Source: Calditrichaceae bacterium (lineage in GTDB: Bacteria; Calditrichota; Calditrichia; Calditrichales; JBFXGD01). From it: a DNA stretch of 64,000 nucleotides. Below are positions 60,045-64,000 of the stretch, in pieces; position 1 is the first letter of the stretch, and each line of letters opens with the position of its first letter. Where the stretch lies: the NCBI GenBank assembly GCA_050173015.1, contig JBFXLE010000002.1, positions 222,378 to 286,377 on the forward strand, in the 5' to 3' direction. Below the pieces are notes generated by a model. The model saw nothing but the letters and a program-made list of their open reading frames with translations. It was not told the DNA's origin and did not search any database. The position numbers were made by a program, and so were the translations under genes.

Positions 60045-63000
60045 CTTAGTTCCTTAATCTTCACCTTTATGTTATCATTCCCAAGAATTTTACTCAATTC
60101 ATCCAGAGTATGATGGGTAAGGCGTAATTTGATAGTTTTCGAAATCATAACTAATGAGCCGCTGCCATTATCTGAGAGATTCACATATACAGGGCTGGCG
60201 CCCGGGCTCGATTTGAGTGCCATTTTCAGCCGGTGAAGTTTTTCATCAGTAAATTTTACCCGATTTATATTGATCATTACCGACTCAGTAAAGGTATCCG
60301 GAACTTGTTCCAGAGGGATGATCTGCTCACCAATTAGTTTAACGATCTGTTCATCGATTTCGGAATTAAGTCTTCCCTGTATCATAACGATATTATCAGG
60401 TTTGAGAAAAGCTTCAAACTGAGGATACACAGATCCAAAAACAACCGCTTCATAGGTCCTTGAAAAATCTTCGAGTTTAACAAAGGCCATCTTCTGCTGT
60501 TTTTTATCCAGAATAACACGTAAATCGATGATCTGGCCGCATACTCTAAGCACCTTGGGCAACGATTTATTATTTGATTCATCACCTGTAAAATCATCAA
60601 TTTTTGTGGAGAATAAGTTTACAATCGGCCGGAATCTTTCCAGCGGATGACCTGAAATATAGAATCCGAGAAGCTCTTTTTCTTTTTTTAGTTTATCCGT
60701 GATATTCCAATCCGGTATTTCGGGAAGCTCGGGATAGGTTACAAGATTTTCACCGGGTCCATCAGACGCTCCCGATCCAAATAGATTGATTTGATCCCGG
60801 TTTTTATTTTTCTCTCCCTGGAAATTTTGGCCGAACTCGATCGCTTTTTCAATTGAATTATATAATTGTGCCCTGCTGCCTTCCAAAGAATCCATCGCGC
60901 CCGCCATGGCAAGGCTCTCCAGTACCTTCTTATTCACAAGACGAAGGTCCACATGCTGTATAAGCTCGAACAGGCTTTTAAACTTTCCATGCGTTTTTCT
61001 GGCTTCTACAATGGACGCTATCGCGTTACCGCCGACATTTTTTATGGCTTCCATACCAAAAGCGATTTTTTCATGATCAAGAGGGACAAAGTGAGCTTCG
61101 CTGTAATTAACATCGGGCGGCTCAATTTGAAGACCTATCTTACGGCATTCTTCCATCAAAATCATAACCCGGTCCGAATTACTTACCTCGCTTGTAAGGT
61201 TAGCGGAAATAAATTCAGCCGGATAATGAGCCTTCAGGTAGGCGGTCTGATATGCGATGATGGCATAGGCGGCCGAATGTGATTTATTGAATCCGTATTG
61301 CGCAAATTTTTCGATTAAGTCCGCAATCTCCTGAGCAGCTTTCTTTTTAATGTCATTTTGCAGGCAGCCCTCAACGAATAATTTTTTCTGCTCGGCCATT
61401 ACTTCTTTTTTCTTCTTACCCATGGCCCGTCGCATCAAATCGGCTTGAGCGAGGGAGAATCCCGCCAGATCAGAAGCGATTCTCATTACCTGTTCCTGAT
61501 AAACAATAATTCCATAAGTCTCTTTAAGAATCGTCTCCAGTTTCGGATGAAGATATTCAATCTTTTTTCGCCCGTATTTCCGGTCGATAAAATCATCAAT
61601 CATACTCATCGGGCCGGGACGGTAAAGAGCATTCATGGCGATCAGATCTTCGATTCGTGACGGTTTTAATTTCCTCAGATATTCCTGCATTCCGGAGCTT
61701 TCGAACTGAAAAACCCCGACGGTAAGACCGTCTCCGAATAATTTAAAAGTAGCTTCATCATCAATGGGAATTTTTTCAACCGAAAAATCCTGATCATTCC
61801 TCTCCCGAATCATTTTCTCCGCTTTCTGAATCACCGTCAGGTTTCGAAGCCCAAGAAAATCCATTTTGAGCAGGCCTATTGACTCGCACCAACCCATTGT
61901 CCACTGCGTCGTAATTTCCTGGTCAGAATTTTTATAGAGAGGAGCAAAATTGGTGATATTATCCGGAGCGATGATAATACCCGCCGCATGGACAGAAGCG
62001 TGGCGGGCGATACCTTCAAGAGTTTGTGAATAGGTCACCAATTCCCTTAGCTGCGGGTCATCGCTTTCCGCGATTTCCTTTAATTCAGGAACATCGACGA
62101 ATGCTTTTTTGAGCGGCATCGGTTTGGCGCCCTGAATCGGAATGAGCTTTGCGATGGTATCGGCTTTGGGAATTGGAATTTTTAACACTCTGGAAACATC
62201 CCTGATAACTCCCCTTGCCGCCATCGTTCCAAAAGTGATAATTTGAGCGACATTTTCCTGCCCGTATTTATTGCGCACATACTCGATGACCTCGTCACGG
62301 CGGTCAACACAAAAGTCGATATCAATATCGGGCATGTTTACGCGTTCGGGATTTAGAAATCTCTCAAAAAGCAAATCATATCTGAGCGGATCGACATTGG
62401 TGATTCCGAGACTATAGGCCACAAGACTGCCGGCCGCCGAACCTCGTCCAAGTCCCACAGGTATATCTTTTTGCCGCGCGGCATCGATAAAATCCTGAAC
62501 AATAAGAAAATATCCGGCAAATCCCATTTTTTTGATCACGGATAACTCATATTGAAGCCGTTCATTCAATTTCTCATCAATTTTCCCATATTTTTTCTCC
62601 GTACCACGAATGGAGAGACGGCTTAGATATTCATCGGCATCGATATTACCTTCAGAATCGGGTATGGGAAATCTGGGTAAATGTCGTTGTGAAAAATCTA
62701 TGGTAAGATCAATTTTTTCATCAATTTCCAGAGTGCGTTCAAGGACTTCCGGCCGATCCTTGAAAAGCTGATACATTTCATCGGCTGATTTCATGTACAG
62801 TTCTTCCGTACCATAGCGCATACGGTTTGGATCATCACGATCTTTTCCTGTCTGCAGGCACAACAGGATATCATGAGCTTCGTGATCACCTTTTTTCAGA
62901 TAATGATTATCATTGGTACAAATAACCGGCACACTCATCTCTTTACCGAGATCATAGATCTGAGGATAAACGGACTGTTCATCGGGAATATGATGATCCT

Positions 63001-63538
63001 GAATTTCGAGGTAAAAATCATTTCCAAAAATATCTACATAGTCTTCGATTAATTTGATGGCCTGGTCGCGCATTCCCCTGCGAAGTTTATAAGCGACTTC
63101 CCCTTTCAGGCAGGCTGATGTGGCAATAAGCCCTTCAGAGTGCTGGCGTAAAAGTTCTTTATCAATTCTCGGTTTATAGTACATCCCCTCAAGATACGCG
63201 CTTGAAGAAAGTTTAATCAGATTCCGGAAACCGGTTTCATTTTTGGCAAGAAGAACAAGATGATATGAATGTGATTCCCCTTCCAGCTGTTTTCGAAGGG
63301 TACGGGCTTCGGGAGCAATATAGGCTTCCATCCCGATGATCGGTTTTATTCCCGCTTTTTTAGCCTGTGTATAGAACTCAAGGGCTCCAAATAAGTTGCC
63401 GTGATCTGTAATCGCAAGAGACTTCATGCCAAGTTCGGCAGCGCGATTCACCATGTCTTTTATTTTTCCGGCGCCGTCGAGAAGCGAATAATGAGTATGA
63501 GAATGTAAATGAACAAATGACAAGTCGGTTAACCTCAC
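60041..63538 (-). CDS. dnaE: DNA polymerase III alpha subunit
   Basis: PHP domain HLHSHTHYSLLDG, GRGSAAGS, PDIDIDF, KMDFLGL, FNKSH, OB fold; no intein. Confidence 0.97.
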   Translation of the reverse strand: MRLTDLSFVHLHSHTHYSLLDGAGKIKDMVNRAAELGMKSLAITDHGNLFGALEFYTQAKKAGIKPIIGMEAYIAPEARTLRKQLEGESHSYHLVLLAKNETGFRNLIKLSSSAYLEGMYYKPRIDKELLRQHSEGLIATSACLKGEVAYKLRRGMRDQAIKLIEDYVDIFGNDFYLEIQDHHIPDEQSVYPQIYDLGKEMSVPVICTNDNHYLKKGDHEAHDILLCLQTGKDRDDPNRMRYGTEELYMKSADEMYQLFKDRPEVLERTLEIDEKIDLTIDFSQRHLPRFPIPDSEGNIDADEYLSRLSIRGTEKKYGKIDEKLNERLQYELSVIKKMGFAGYFLIVQDFIDAARQKDIPVGLGRGSAAGSLVAYSLGITNVDPLRYDLLFERFLNPERVNMPDIDIDFCVDRRDEVIEYVRNKYGQENVAQIITFGTMAARGVIRDVSRVLKIPIPKADTIAKLIPIQGAKPMPLKKAFVDVPELKEIAESDDPQLRELVTYSQTLEGIARHASVHAAGIIIAPDNITNFAPLYKNSDQEITTQWTMGWCESIGLLKMDFLGLRNLTVIQKAEKMIRERNDQDFSVEKIPIDDEATFKLFGDGLTVGVFQFESSGMQEYLRKLKPSRIEDLIAMNALYRPGPMSMIDDFIDRKYGRKKIEYLHPKLETILKETYGIIVYQEQVMRIASDLAGFSLAQADLMRRAMGKKKKEVMAEQKKLFVEGCLQNDIKKKAAQEIADLIEKFAQYGFNKSHSAAYAIIAYQTAYLKAHYPAEFISANLTSEVSNSDRVMILMEECRKIGLQIEPPDVNYSEAHFVPLDHEKIAFGMEAIKNVGGNAIASIVEARKTHGKFKSLFELIQHVDLRLVNKKVLESLAMAGAMDSLEGSRAQLYNSIEKAIEFGQNFQGEKNKNRDQINLFGSGASDGPGENLVTYPELPEIPDWNITDKLKKEKELLGFYISGHPLERFRPIVNLFSTKIDDFTGDESNNKSLPKVLRVCGQIIDLRVILDKKQQKMAFVKLEDFSRTYEAVVFGSVYPQFEAFLKPDNIVMIQGRLNSEIDEQIVKLIGEQIIPLEQVPDTFTESVMININRVKFTDEKLHRLKMALKSSPGASPVYVNLSDNGSGSLVMISKTIKLRLTHHTLDELSKILGNDNIKVKIKELR

Positions 63539-64000
63539 TAAATTTTATTAAAGTGTTAGAAATATACTTACTTTCAACATGAACAGTTCAACTTTTTGTT
63601 CGGAAACAAATAATTAATGCGATCAAAGTAAAAATCCATAATATAGGGGTATGAGCAACGGATAAATTCATCAATATTCATAATCAACTTAAATACATGT
63701 TTATAAGTCACTTGTATAGATTTATCCGGCTTTTGTTACAGCCTTAATTTAAAAGTATGCGTAAATAATTGCAAAATTATTTGGAAGCCCTTTTAGATTA
63801 AAAAAATTCCTTTGATGATAAGGAATCATTACTTAATTTTGTGTATCTGACAATGAGAATAATCGATAAAGTTAAAAAGGAGACGACATGAATATATAGT
63901 CGGTTGAAATTCACCGCTCAGATTATTAACTATCTGGGTAGAGTGGAAAAAGGCTTAAGGCTGTATCATTAGCATGGGGCATTGATCCCGAAAAGGAGAC

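Noticed and set aside
48594-63538. Inteins in dnaB or dnaE
   Set aside because: Lengths and motif spacing are normal, with no splice-junction motifs.

Overview
A low-GC bacterial chromosome segment made up mostly of housekeeping genes. Gene content (PorV/FadL-like barrels, csrA, RNase Y, RqcH, LonC) suggests an FCB-related lineage such as Calditrichota; this is inference only. Genes run almost all on + from 1 to 15.3 kb and mostly on - from 15.3 to 63.5 kb. At the convergence point is a 28-bp XerCD dif-like site (15727-15754), so the window probably spans the replication terminus. That site is flanked by an unexplained set of nested inverted motifs and a small hydrophobic ORF. Features the ORF track misses: a UGA-recoded selenoprotein SelD (CxxU, with a SECIS-like hairpin), tRNA-Sec and five other tRNAs, a 6S RNA between zapA and rny, and an ATC start for infC. 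Several core proteins carry atypical motifs: CoaBC with an eroded decarboxylase domain, RNase Y with the last HD-domain Asp replaced by Asn, RqcH with DR changed to DK, and a Lon with a degenerate Walker A. An orphan OPT transporter/PqqD(RRE) pair and candidate CsrA sites in nearby leaders are also present. I saw no CRISPR array, rRNA, transposase, integrase or prophage.
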